Below the pieces are notes generated by a model that did not search any database, was not told where the DNA came from, and saw only the letters and a list, made by a program, of their open reading frames with translations. This document shows, piece after piece, positions 51,656-64,000 of a stretch of DNA of 64,000 nucleotides; position 1 is the first letter of the stretch, and each line of letters begins with the position of its first letter. The stretch comes from Tubiluchus corallicola. Its lineage: Eukaryota > Animalia > Priapulida. The translations under genes were made by a program, and so were the position numbers. The stretch is taken from assembly GCA_030141605.1 (NCBI GenBank), contig JAQGDQ010000751.1, positions 37,931 through 101,930 on the forward strand, written 5' to 3'.

Positions 51656-53523
51656 AAATGTTTATTGTCTGTGTAAACAATACTTGGTTAGCAAACCCGG
51701 CTTCCACTAGGTATCCACTAGCATATGTGCCTAATTCACACTCAAACGCATTGGTTAATTGATTCTAAATCAGCTGGGTGTACTACTATTATTACATTAT
51801 TTTTACTATGACGGGCTGGCAGGAAGGTAACTCAGTAACTTGATAAATCCCCGGGGATTGTGGCGAGACTGCACATTTTAAGCAATTTGTGACTAATCGA
51901 CACCATGCGTTCTATAGCTAGCAAAGAAGCATGTTTTGAGTTATTTACGCGTATAATGTTGCGTGCTTCGTTAAGCTCCTCTTCACAGACGATTAATTTT
52001 TAAAAAGAAGAAAAGAAAGAAAGATGACTGTTCTGTCAGTTTTGACATGTGTTCAAGTGTATTACAAAAACAAATGTTTTTTTTTCAAAATATGCTAGTG
52101 TTACGTGTCTGTAACGCAGATCTAAATATGCACACGCGTTACCTCGCCTTGAAGGCTGTGTACACATTTAATATGTGATAGTTGACAGTCAAAAATTAAA
52201 ACTAATTTAAAAATTACAAATAAAAAGTGCTCTCATGTGAAATGCTGTGCCGTTACGTTTGGATTGATTTCTGTAATCGGTATGCCAGCTAAAATAATGA
52301 ACATTAGAAGCGGTAACACTAAAGTAAATTTGAAGCTTCTCTTTTTATTCTTTGATTTTTTTTGTTGGTAGTTACGCTAAAGCCAAGAAGACTCCGAAGC
52401 TTTTTGCACTGCGCAAATAATTTGTTAGTTTCTGTAGCTAATTTTCTCCTGTCAGATATTCTTAATTAATAATAATTATAACATTAATATTTAATAACTG
52501 ATAATATTTAATCAGAAAAAGCTTGCAACTCTCAGTTTTTGCCCCTTTCCGACATACTTTAGGCGACCTCTGAGCTCGAACATGATCAGGGGTATCTGAC
52601 CTGTGCAAATGCAATGTTGCAATGATATGTAAAACGCAGAAGCAAAGGATTGCACTTTAAGTTGATCACCGTAAGCTTAGATAAACCATGACGTGCTGTA
52701 CCTGTCTCTGTGTGCTCTTTTTTTCTTAGGCTGTTAGTTGACAATTTAAACTCCTTGCTCACACTACAAATTAAGCCTCCTTGCTCACACTGCTCCACAA
52801 CAGTTGGCTCTTGTCTTTTTATGCATTTTTAGTATGTTGTGTTTTCTACGACCTTTGACCTCCATTATGACCTGGAACCTGAAGTTGTCACATTCTGTTG
52901 ATATTTAGTTAACACACCACGATGATGTGTCACATTGAAGTAAAAATGCTACATGTCACAAACGATCGGCATGTGACAAGTTACGGGTCTTGGTCATCAG
53001 TGAACTCAACAAAATACACCTGTTGACTCACTTACACAAAGTGCAAGTCCAGGTATACTTTTTGTAAATATTTTCTGTTGTGACTTTTTGGTGAGCTTCG
53101 ACAGCCATGATGACTTAGAATTACCTCATGTCTTTTAGTGATACTGTATCTCCCACGCAGGAACATTGTTCAAATTCTTGTATTATCATGGGGTGAATTC
53201 GACCACCATTTTGACTCGATGTTATAAACATTTTCGGGTCAAGTTACGATCGTAGTTAGGTCATCTTGGCAAGTGTTGTTTTATAATAACTTTGAAAATC
53301 TTTACGATTCAAGAATTGTTTCACTTTTTTCGCGCAAACCCTAAAAAGCTTAAAAGATTTCATTGACCTACTAAAGGTGCCGTGCAGAGTCTTTCTCAAA
53401 TGCTTCGCAACTTTGACGAAATTTCGTATAAACTAAATTAACAGTGTTGATTCTTTTGCAAATTTGTTTGATCAAAACAAGAGTTGCTAAAATGACATTA
53501 GTAAATCTTATGCACTGCCAGCG

Positions 53524-53725
53524 TGGGTTGGGTGGTCGAGTGGCTTAGATTTCGGACTACAACCACAGAGTCTTGAGTTCGATACCAGCGGTTGCAAATT
53601 ATACCCTATAATGCGCCTACATGTTATTCGTTTGTTTGTGTATTACAGCCTTACCTGTATTGTAAGTGTAAGTCGCTGAAGTTAGTACTAATGTTGTCTG
53701 TTAAATGAGTGACGGTAAATAAATC
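53524..53725 (+). mobile_element. tRNA-derived SINE-like element
   Basis: Pol III A box TGGTCGAGTGG (53533-53543) and B box GAGTTCGATACC (53575-53586) at tRNA spacing, but no cloverleaf pairing. Confidence 0.55.
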
Positions 53726-55749
53726 TTTTCTTTTAGCGTAATACAAAATAGGGCCCCTGTAGTTTTTTGCCACGAAAAGAAACAAGTGCAACAAAGAGCA
53801 GCATTTATATTTATTCGTATCTATAGAAAACAGGAATTTCAGTTAAGCGAAAAATAGTTTAATAAAACGCATTTAATTATCTTTTTCTGGCAACTGTGAA
53901 TTTAAACAGCGAAAATTATTGTTTGTACACAGGAAACCATATTGGATTTGAGTTCAAATACAGAGTTTTAAACGATATTGAGTTAGGCCCTATTTAACTG
54001 CTATAAAAGAAAATCTTATTTGATTATAATACTCAATTCACATTACGTCCATTAATAATTTTGGTGAAAGTACTCAAACTAGTATGACATATGAGGCATT
54101 TAACCTTTTTACCTTACATAGAATCTAATACTTGCCGCAAGTCTTTGATCAAATGATTAAATTACTCATTACATTTAAATTGCTGCTGTACTGCAGTTAC
54201 ACGATCAAAAGACCCATAAAAATCTTGCTGAACAAGAAAGTATTCATGTAGTAGACCATTCGACTCCTTTGGAAACGTATTTCAGTAGATGTTGTAAGAT
54301 AATCATCAGTTAAAGCGTATCCTATTTTTTCACTGTGGGTTATCTTTTAAATCAGAACCCACGCTCACAAACCTTGGGGGATCCTAGGTCAGAACCGGGG
54401 CAGACCAGAGTTTTGTAGAATAAATAAACGTTAGCTCAACGAATCACAAACTAATGTTTGACTAGTGACCACGCAGCAGAAAAATTCTCCGCGGGGGCAA
54501 AAATCATTGATTTTCTGAAGCAAATGTCCGTAATAGCTTAACAAATTTGGCTTCAGAAACTCCGAGTGTTTTTTTTTCATTTGTGTACGCCGAAAGCCTG
54601 TTTCGATGGGTCACTTGTATTATCACGAAAGTAGTCTTGATAATATAGTGTCCCGCGTTTTTCAAAAGGCACGTTCGCCTCTTCTGTGAGTCACCCTTCA
54701 AGTGTCATATTTTGGCGGCAAATATGTTTAATACATTTTATTATAGGATCTTGTATTTGACGTCAATGAAGATAAATGAACCTGGAGAATCGTGCAAACT
54801 CATAACCACATTATTAATAGTTTTTACAGATAAACTGAAGCTGTAGCAATACTACAGCCATGGCTAATTTTGGATTTGTTGTACAAAAAGAAATTGTAAA
54901 TTATTTTGGTTTCCAGCTTACGGTTTTGGCCATTTCATGTAAAAAATAATTTCAGGATTTTGGCTGTCGACTTAATTGAAGTTAAGTCCACACAAATTAG
55001 GTGTGTGTGAATGTAGGTAAAAACGGCACAAGTAAAAATGGCACAATGTGTTAGGAAGGCTAGCTGGTCCTAACTGCCATGTGTTTTGCCAGTCCAGCAA
55101 TCTTAGCTCAGCCACGTAGGATTATTGATGTTATGCTTATACATGTAATAATAATATTCTCATCTCTCAGCTAATAGTTGACTATGAGTCATCAAATCAT
55201 CAGCAAGACTACCAAGGGGTAGTACACACTGTCACCGTTCGCAGCTCGTCCAAAACGCACATCAACCAAATATTTCGGAAGATTAATGTTCAATGTTCGA
55301 TATTATAGATCGCTGTACTGAGTGAGCAGATTATATATACACGGACCCATTAACTATGTGATAAAATGTGGCTGCTATTTAAACTAATTTCATTAATGAG
55401 ATTAATCCCAAAAGAAAGAAAACGTGAAAGGAAACGAACTGAGCGAGTGAGGCTGGATTTGATCCACTAATTTTGTTGTTCAAGCCCAGTACTGAAATGT
55501 TAAGATTAAGAATGTAAAATTATGTGACTACATGTTATGAAGCTGATATATAAAAATACTTACTGTAAGATTACTTTAAAAATTGTTCTAACATCTTAAC
55601 AGTTTAATTAAGAGCGTGCTGCATTTTCTGATTGCCTAGAATGTAATCACTGTATCAGTAAAGAAGAAAGAAATGCTAGAAAGAATTTTAAATTACGCTC
55701 AACCTTCCAGATAAGTGATAGTAATGTGCGATTGAACTTCATAAAAGAT

Positions 55750-57362
55750 TAGACGACGACCAAGATTAAACCATCCATACCACAGCACATTACTCACATC
55801 ACGCCACACCCAACACACTACCCATACCAAACCACACAACACCCACCACACCACACCATCCACAGTAACTCACCACACTCACTATTTCTTACCTCATCAC
55901 ATGATCATGATCATTATGACGGTGATGATGATGATGACGACAACGATGACGACACCTACTACACCAACAGCACAGCGAAGGAAAGTAAAACATTTTGCGC
56001 ACAATTAAAACTGTGCTGTGACAAATGCTGCAGTCGTCACTGTAGCTTCTAAGAGAGTGTCGCCCAAAATAGAACCTTCAACTCGTCACAGCTCCTCTTG
56101 GTGGCTGAAAATGTGCCCCACTTATCGTATAGCTCTGTACCTTCTCTTCCCAAACGGCTATATATTTCCTTCCAAGAATCCCACCAGGCGCAGCTAGAAC
56201 GTTTTTTGTACACGATGTTTTAGTCAAAATTTCGAAAAATTCGGTAGTTGGGTCCGTGAAAATGCCCCTACGGACGCTGTGGCCTTTCCGTAATTCTAAA
56301 TACACCTGTAACACCCACTGTCGAACGGGCTACCCAACCATTATGGATGTCACGCCTGGCACATTCCCGAACTGTAGAAATAAGACGCATGATTTTCCAA
56401 AAAAAACGGGCAAAAGGGCCATTTTGGAGGTTTTTTACTCATCGTTCGTTTCAGTGGCCCCAATCCGAAAAATAAACCATCAGTGAAATGGCACTAGATC
56501 GAGACCTTTCGTTTGATGTATAGATCGGCGAAAGCCGTGCCGTCGTTGGAGCTGTAGCTTCGAATCTTGTATAGGCATTTCTGGAGATATTTATATATAT
56601 ATATCCAGAAATGTCTATATATCCACAAACCACCGACACAGACTAGCCAAATGCCGCAAAAGCATTTTGTACATAAACTCACAATGACAATCCTCACCAC
56701 ACCCATCACAGCCATGTCCACCACACCACTCATACCATGCCACACTCCACCCTACTACACCACCACACTATCTACACCACATTACCTACACCACACTACC
56801 CAGACCATACCACACCATAACACCCACAGCACCAAATCCACCACATAACATGGTGATCGTGGTGATCATGATGACGAAGATGATGACGACACTTACAACA
56901 CCAACAGCAGAGCGTCATAGCAAAACCATGCAAAGCAGTGATCAATAATGTGCGGTCATTCTGCATTGTTTTGCACAGTTTTTCTCAAAGTTTGGGCGTA
57001 TGATGGGTTCGGGAAAATGTCCGTTACGGGAAACCCAGGCTCTCCCGCGACACTACACCCACCGTTGAACGAGCTATGCAACCATTACCAGCATCATCCC
57101 CGACCCATTCCTGTTCTCTAGAAATAAGAGGTATGTGTTTTGCAAAAACGGACGAAAAAGTGCCATTTTTGGAGGATGTTCGCCCCCCCCCCCCGTTCCT
57201 CCTGGTGGACCCGATTCGAAAAATAAACCCCCAATGGTAAAGGACTGGTTGTTAGACATTTCGTTTGATATATAGATTGCCAAAAATGGCGCCGTCTTGG
57301 GTATAATATGGCCTTATATGTATATAAAACATCCTATACCACCGAAATTAATATCTAGAGAT
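55750..57362. mobile_element. Modular Helentron/DINE-like non-autonomous element
   Basis: Two diverged modules, each a CAC-rich + GAT-rich tract followed by GCCATTTTGGAGG...CGAAAAATAAACC...TTTCGTTTGAT; ends AATATCTAGAGAT. Confidence 0.5.
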
Positions 57363-60300
57363 TGTGAGTCAATATGTATGTGCTTTTGTAGGCAACACTT
57401 CTTCATTCATGGTTATACATTAGAGCAGTAAATTAGTAAATTTGCATTTCTCTAGATGAAGCTGAGTATTATGTTAGCAAGCCAACCTCTCGTGATCCCC
57501 GTAGACCACACGCGCAATATTAATGGTTTAATTGCATGATTGTGTGTAATCAGCACTTTCTATAGAAGCGAGCCCGACAGCCCAAATGGGATTTTGAATA
57601 TTTCCGCACCATCATACATTTACACACAGCCAGGGTTTGGCTAACTAAATTACCATATGCATCTATAATGAATGACTGGTAAAGCCGCCTATGTGCTAAT
57701 ATAAAAGAAGGTTATGCGCGATTTTGTTGACTTATACTGTATTGAATGCCTGTGAGGCACTGGGCCTATCCAAACAGCGTTGTTTATCATTTACAGACAT
57801 CTCTAGTGTTCTATAATCTATATTCATACTGGCGCCGCCGTGAGAAAATTATAATCTGTGCAGCAAACTACTAATAGGCCTTCAGTTAATAAATTATATT
57901 TCATTACACAAATTGTCTTCCGTACAAAAATGCAGCACAATGTTTTTACTTTATATAACTAATCTTACTGCTTTTCACTTTTGCCGCTTTTATTTCCAAG
58001 TGACGGTTATGAATTGGTAACTTTTTAGCTGATAAAATTATTCTTTTATTTTATAATAAAACCAAAATCTATAATATAGCCAATGCGCGTGTTGATGATA
58101 ATTCATAAAGAAGTTATCTTTTGCATTATACGTATCCGTGTCGTATGAATATTTAGCGTGACAAATACACACGTAGTTTCATAATTTGTTGAGTTTCGCA
58201 TTTTCATGTTTATTGTTAAAGAAACATGTAGTACGTTGTGACAGGACTAATTTTTATTAGACAGGCTACATTGCGAATTGAAGCCGTTCCCAGTCCTTAC
58301 TGGGGTGACTGCTGGCGTCACGTACAGCGTAAAATACTTGCATTCCCGTCAATACTCAGCCACTATATTCCAATACATTGCCTTATACAAGGCATAATGC
58401 AATTAAGTCTACTTGCCTATTGTAGTGATTGGTAAGTTTATGGATATCATAGAAGCGCCTTATTTTAATTTCATCGACAACGTATATAGTGAAACATTAT
58501 GAATCGCATTGACTACAACTGCTTCTGATACATTTAAAAATTAAAAAATTAAGCAGGGTGATTTTTCATATCCTACCATATTTTGAAGTACTATAAAAAG
58601 TGTACATTCTGATGGTATTACCACTGAACATAATTTTCAACAGCACAAGCATTCCACATGTACAATGATACTGTCAATATTCAGTGTGATACACTAAAAC
58701 TCAACAACTAAAGGAAAAAAACGAGCGTCAGACAACATTCATTGTATTTTGATGCACACTTAAAAATATTGAAATTACCATACTATGTACATTGTACACA
58801 TAACGTGCGTTGGTTAAAAATGCAAAAGAAATTTAAAGTTCTTATCTCTCTCCAAACGAATTTGTTGCGGACATTATTTCAAAATTGGTGGACAGTACGA
58901 AAGCATGCGTATCAGAACTTCTGCAGTTCGCTCAGAACTTCCGTTATTCTAGCTATTAAATCTTTTTGTCTAACTGTGTTTATGTAAAAATTAGTCAGTG
59001 GATTATTTAGCATCAACTTTAAAGTGCTTACATATATAACTGTAATCCACAGGATTATAGCTCATGTCTAAGTACAAAATCTAATTGCAGATAAGCATGG
59101 GATTCTGCGTCCGTACGAGCATATAGTAAGTTACCGGGCGTTCGGTTTTAGCTTCATAAAATAATTTTCACTTTGTTGTGTTTAACTACCCGAGTTGGAG
59201 GCTATTACATTATCAGCGTTAATTGGTTTTTATTACATAGTGGGCAACGAGATTCATCAAAAGCTAACGTGATATTAATAGTGTCTCGTTTAACGCTTTA
59301 TATTGTTCGTAGTTGATAATAACAACTGCAGCTGTAATTAGCTCAAGCACTGGAAGGATAAGTGTTTACGTTTATAAGCGATAAGCACGGCAACAAGATG
59401 ACATTGTCAAAAGCCCCCAATCGTGAAATGATTGCGAGTTTAAATTGATGTTACTAATTATACGAGGTGCTTTTCACAATTTTATTTTTGAAATGTTAGA
59501 ATAAGCTAAACTTTAAAAATCCTTTAAAAATTTAAACTCAAGATATAAAGATTCAAGTTTACTGCTGTGCTTGTGCCTGAGCTCTTGACCGTATGTGCCA
59601 CATCACAACTGAACTGCATTTGAATTCGAAGGTACAGCGACTGTTTTGTGCAGCCCCTTTCGAAGATACATGCTCTAGTGCTATCTAACTAGCGAAATGC
59701 GTGTAACAGTGAAGAGATAACCGCGCAAATGCAAAATTAGGTTTCTGCGGCAATAATTCTTTCACGTTTACAAGTTATTTTTTAAAAAGTGGCATTTTTA
59801 TTTTCAATATTTTACAATGTGGGTGGTTTTCAGCTATAGTTTTAAATTGGGTTAGGTTTCCTTTAACTTGCACACTAGTCGCAGTCATTTCGCACTAATG
59901 CCATGGTTTTTGAAACTTGAAATTAATTTGTGGAGTTATTTCAAAGTTATTTGCTCTCTTTTACGTCATGGTAGTAATTATTGGAATTCATAGTTTCATC
60001 GTTTTTCCTTTGTTAGAGTTAGACGAATTTTTGGTGGAAGCTAACAATCAATCAGTGGATGAAATGCACACAAGCATTTGCTGATTTAGGGTGTCATTTG
60101 TGCTTAAAACTAAATTGTGTTTTTTTGGCACGTGAAAACTTGAAGATGTCGTCAGAGCCTGAGTTTAAGCCATGCACTTCAATAAAGTTTTTCAACTTGC
60201 ACAATTTTGATTGTAATATTTACAAGCTGGTCCAGCTGGAACATTGTCATGTCTTGCCATTTAGCTATTTCTAGTACCACTTATTTTTGACCTTGAACTT

Positions 60301-62102
60301 TGACGTAAGTGGTTGTATTTTCAAAGAAAATTTGATTGTAAAGACAACTGTTATTAATAAACAACGATTTCTGATAACATGAATTCTTCGTTTCATTTGA
60401 TACGGAACTTGATTTTATCCGTTCAGCGAACGTAATTCGCTTAATTCAAACTTCCAACGAAATGCGCAAGTTTGACCTATGTTTGCTTTGTACTTTTAGG
60501 GATGTTATTTATATAGTATGTGCAATGCAGCAGTACACTAGCGAGCAGCATGTCACTTTTGATTGATGTGTTGCAGCAAACGTAATGCACAATAAATTCC
60601 ATTTTATTATGAGCAATTTCGCATGAGTTTTGCCGAAATGACATTTGTGATCGCACTGTTACCAGGAAGCCAGTTTACACAGCAGGAATAGCTGTTCTAA
60701 TGCTCTGTTCACTCCCTATACGCACGACAACAAAACATTTCCATAAATAATTAATCTGCGATTTTTGTGCCATGAATTCATTAAATAAATTTCAAAATTA
60801 GCTTGCTATGCATCCGTTCCCAAATTCATCAATCTGCGCTCCACAGACAGAACAGTGTAGTTTTAAATGTAAACGACTTGTTCGAAAAAACGTATGAAGA
60901 ACCATGAATTTTGTTAAAAATTTTGCCTAACTTTCTAGATGAGAAGTATTGTGTCCTGTGACTCCAACCTAGCCATTTCTGAACATTAACTCCAGCCTGA
61001 TTAACTATAAATTCCGAATAAATCCTCACCTGCAAAGTTTCAGTCTAACCTAATAAATTCTAACACTATCTACAGGGCTTCAGTATTCATATCTGATTCT
61101 AGTCAGTGAAATTCTTCTCTCATGTGCTTCTGGTCCCGTGCATCTCATCCCACGAGTTCTTGTCCTAGTGAGTTTCAACCTTGGTGACTTCAATCCCTGT
61201 AGTTTCCGCGTCCCGTGGTTATGCTTCAATCCATCAAAGTGAATTCTATAGAGTCCCAGAGTCTGCATGATAAGCTTTTACCAAAATGAACTTTGGGACT
61301 TACCTTTTCAATACTTATTATCAAAATTTAGCTGATGAATGGAAAACGAATGCAAGCGATATTCAACAATTGAATGGAACTCAGTAATGCCACTTACAAG
61401 CATGCAAGCATGCAGTCCCTCACCTCATTACAGATAATACATTGAACCAAAGAAAAGCAGTTACAGGATTATCTAATTGCGGAGACTTATGTCCATGGAA
61501 GAATAACCAGTTAGAAACCTTTTCGGAGAATGCAACGTTCTACCCAAACAAGAATGTAAAAGCGCAAGATAAAGAGTTGAAATTTAAATGTTTTTATATA
61601 TATTAGCAGTTTACTGTTTACACTGAATATATTTCTTCTTTTTTGCTGAATTTTTTTTGCAACGCACAATAGTGCAAGTTTAGTAAAAAAAAACATGCCT
61701 CTGACAACGTCAAAATTTGTTGACTTACAACTTTAATTTCAAAATTGTTATACGATAAATTATAACAAAAAAGCTTTGTTACGTGCAAAGTATACGTAAC
61801 GCACAGTAATACATTTACAGATACAGTGCGAGTAATGAAGCAGAAACTAAAATTTAATAATAGTCGTAAAAAAAGAAACGGTTTAACATAACAAGGCAAT
61901 GTAGGATGTATGAATGCTGTGGATAACTACTTGAGAGGACGGCTAGCAAGCAAATTTGGAGTGTCTGGATGCTGGTCGCATTGTACTGTTAATTCATGAG
62001 CGAGTTCTTAAGGTATTTAAGTACGCTCATCTGAACCATTGCAGAATAGCGAAATACATCAAAGTTCAATTGAGATGTAGATTGGTTACAATGGTCTGAA
62101 TA

Positions 62103-63348
62103 CAGGGGTTTTAGACTCAGGCTTTTTCGACATAAACGTTTTGGACACAGTGTGTCCGACAAATAGGTATATTGGACACATATAGGACATTTCGACACAT
62201 ATATCATTTGGACACAAGATGATGTGGGCACATATAGGTTATTTGGACACGTGGGCTATTTATAGGGGTTTTGGAGATACAATTTGGATACTAAATGTTT
62301 CTGACTTGCTTACCTAAACTGTTTAGGCAAAGTATCATTTGGATTAATTGGGGACATGGTACCATCTATAGGTTACTCAGTTATACATTGTTGTTGAAGA
62401 TAGTTGAATTTAAACCGCTTTGTTTGCAAAATTCAAGGAGTTATTTCGGAAAAAACCTGCCTAAGAACCGCAGATCAAACAGACGATATATTATGTCTTT
62501 TGAAAGATTCTTTTTTTCGTTACTTTCATCCAACTCTTCCAATAGTAATTACGGTCTTCAGGTCAAAAATTGCGTAAATATTTGGACGTTTTTATAGTAT
62601 GCGGATATCCGCATGCGGTAACGGTAACTGCGACAAATGCGATTGCCACGGTGCGGCGATTGCAACGGATACGGTGAGATTTCTTGCTGTAAGTTTTCAC
62701 CCTGAATTGAAATTCAATTGAATTAAGGGTGACTGTGATGCAATATAGATTAAGCTGTTTAGAGGTTAATTAAGACTAAGGGATGAGCATTAGCAAGAGA
62801 CGTTTTCTCTTTACAAGTTACTAAAATGGGCAGTAAAAAGCTTTCTAGTTTGTACAGTACATTTGTCCCGTGATAAAAAGTTTTCCTGTGCTCATCTCTG
62901 TTGCCGCACATAATGAATAAATTTCGGCGTTCTCGCCACAGCTATAATGACATGACGTCTCTACAGTATACACTTTTTGCAAAGGACACTTGGACACCGA
63001 TATAAGAAGTTTTTGTGGATGGGTTAGTCACGTAAAGTTACTGAATAGAAACTAGTAGTATCATTGCTTTAGTAGTTTCACTGCTAAAAAATTGATACCA
63101 CACCTGTTGGCTCAGATCAGGCTCAAGCGTATTAATTTTTTGGTCAATCGGTGTAAATTTAAATATTTTACAAATCTGAAAGATCTCGGGATATGCTGCA
63201 CATGCCAACTTCTTGTGTCAAAATGACCTATTGTCTAAATATCTTATGAGACCAAGATACCTGTGTGTCCAAATTGTCAATATGTGTCCAAATGATCCGT
63301 GTGTAAATCACCTTGTGTCTAAATAGCTAATTATACGTCTGCACACCC
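62103..63348. mobile_element. Foldback-type DNA element with TTGGACAC / GTGTCCAA subterminal arrays
   Basis: TTGGACAC units at 62135-62290 and reverse-complement GTGTCCAAAT units at 63215-63325. Confidence 0.6.
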
Positions 63349-64000
63349 GTATATAAAATCATAAAAACCGCGTGTCTGTCTTTATCGTTCTTTGAACAGG
63401 TGTAATTTCATCCACCGCGTTCACTTACAAAACATTGTCTTCATTTCTGATCATTAAAGTAGTAGTAAAGAGGTAGTAAAGACGCAAACAAATTACATTT
63501 TTGTTTTTGCTACTTAACTGCAATACGTAGCTTCCTATACGTACGTGTAGTGCATTGCACCAATTGTACTATACTACCTAGTACCTAATCACGTGCAATA
63601 TCCATTCAGACGAGCAACCGATGTGGTGATTGTTTTGAATCTTCTAGGTCTCGTACATTTTAACTACGTAGTAAATAAAATAATTTCACTTGATAATCTT
63701 GTAGTAACTTCAAAACATGTTTACCTCCGAAGTTTAACCCCCACAAATATGAGAAATTCAAGCCAGCTTCAATTTTAATGCACCACAAACTGTTTGGATA
63801 TCACTACTGCGCTTATGTATTATGTAAGACTACAAGCTGCTACCTAGTAGCTGCACACCGTACTGTTATCAATATATACAAATACCCTTCACAAAATTGC
63901 TACGTACTAAAGTGCTTAATGATCAGGGTTGTGTTCATTACCTAAGCCAATTAAGTTCTCTACGTTAACAGCAGTGCAGTCATCACGCCTAAGCATACAT

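Noticed and set aside
53524-53597. Functional tRNA gene
   Set aside because: A and B boxes present but acceptor and anticodon stems do not pair; treated as SINE head
56567-56848. His/Thr/Pro-rich ORF
   Set aside because: Translation of the CAC-rich tract within a repeat element
62130-62290. CRISPR-like short repeats with spacers (also 27230-27300, 29440-29625)
   Set aside because: Units are short, degenerate and irregularly spaced, have inverted counterparts, and sit in spliceosomal-intron DNA with no cas genes

Overview
AT-rich, intron-containing animal (probably invertebrate) genomic DNA, not prokaryotic. Four host genes can be read by hand-splicing: (1) 5' exons of a probable Tousled-like kinase (minus strand, runs off the left edge), (2) a complete 3-coding-exon PYM1/wibg gene (+, 9382-14177), (3) a complete BLOC1S1 gene (minus, 22974 to 21113, or to 18147 via a GC-AG intron), and (4) the first coding exon of a PS1/ITGA3-6-7-type integrin alpha (+, 37346-37530), whose intron appears to fill the remaining >26 kb. 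The rest is mostly decayed transposons (LINEs, Tigger, hAT MITEs, Helentron-like and foldback elements, one Ty3/Gypsy element). The best-supported unusual structure is a ~3.4 kb inversion with duplications at both breakpoints that split a single LTR retrotransposon. I found no CRISPR array, intact RNA gene or convincingly new biological system. All homology calls are from recalled family motifs, not database searches.
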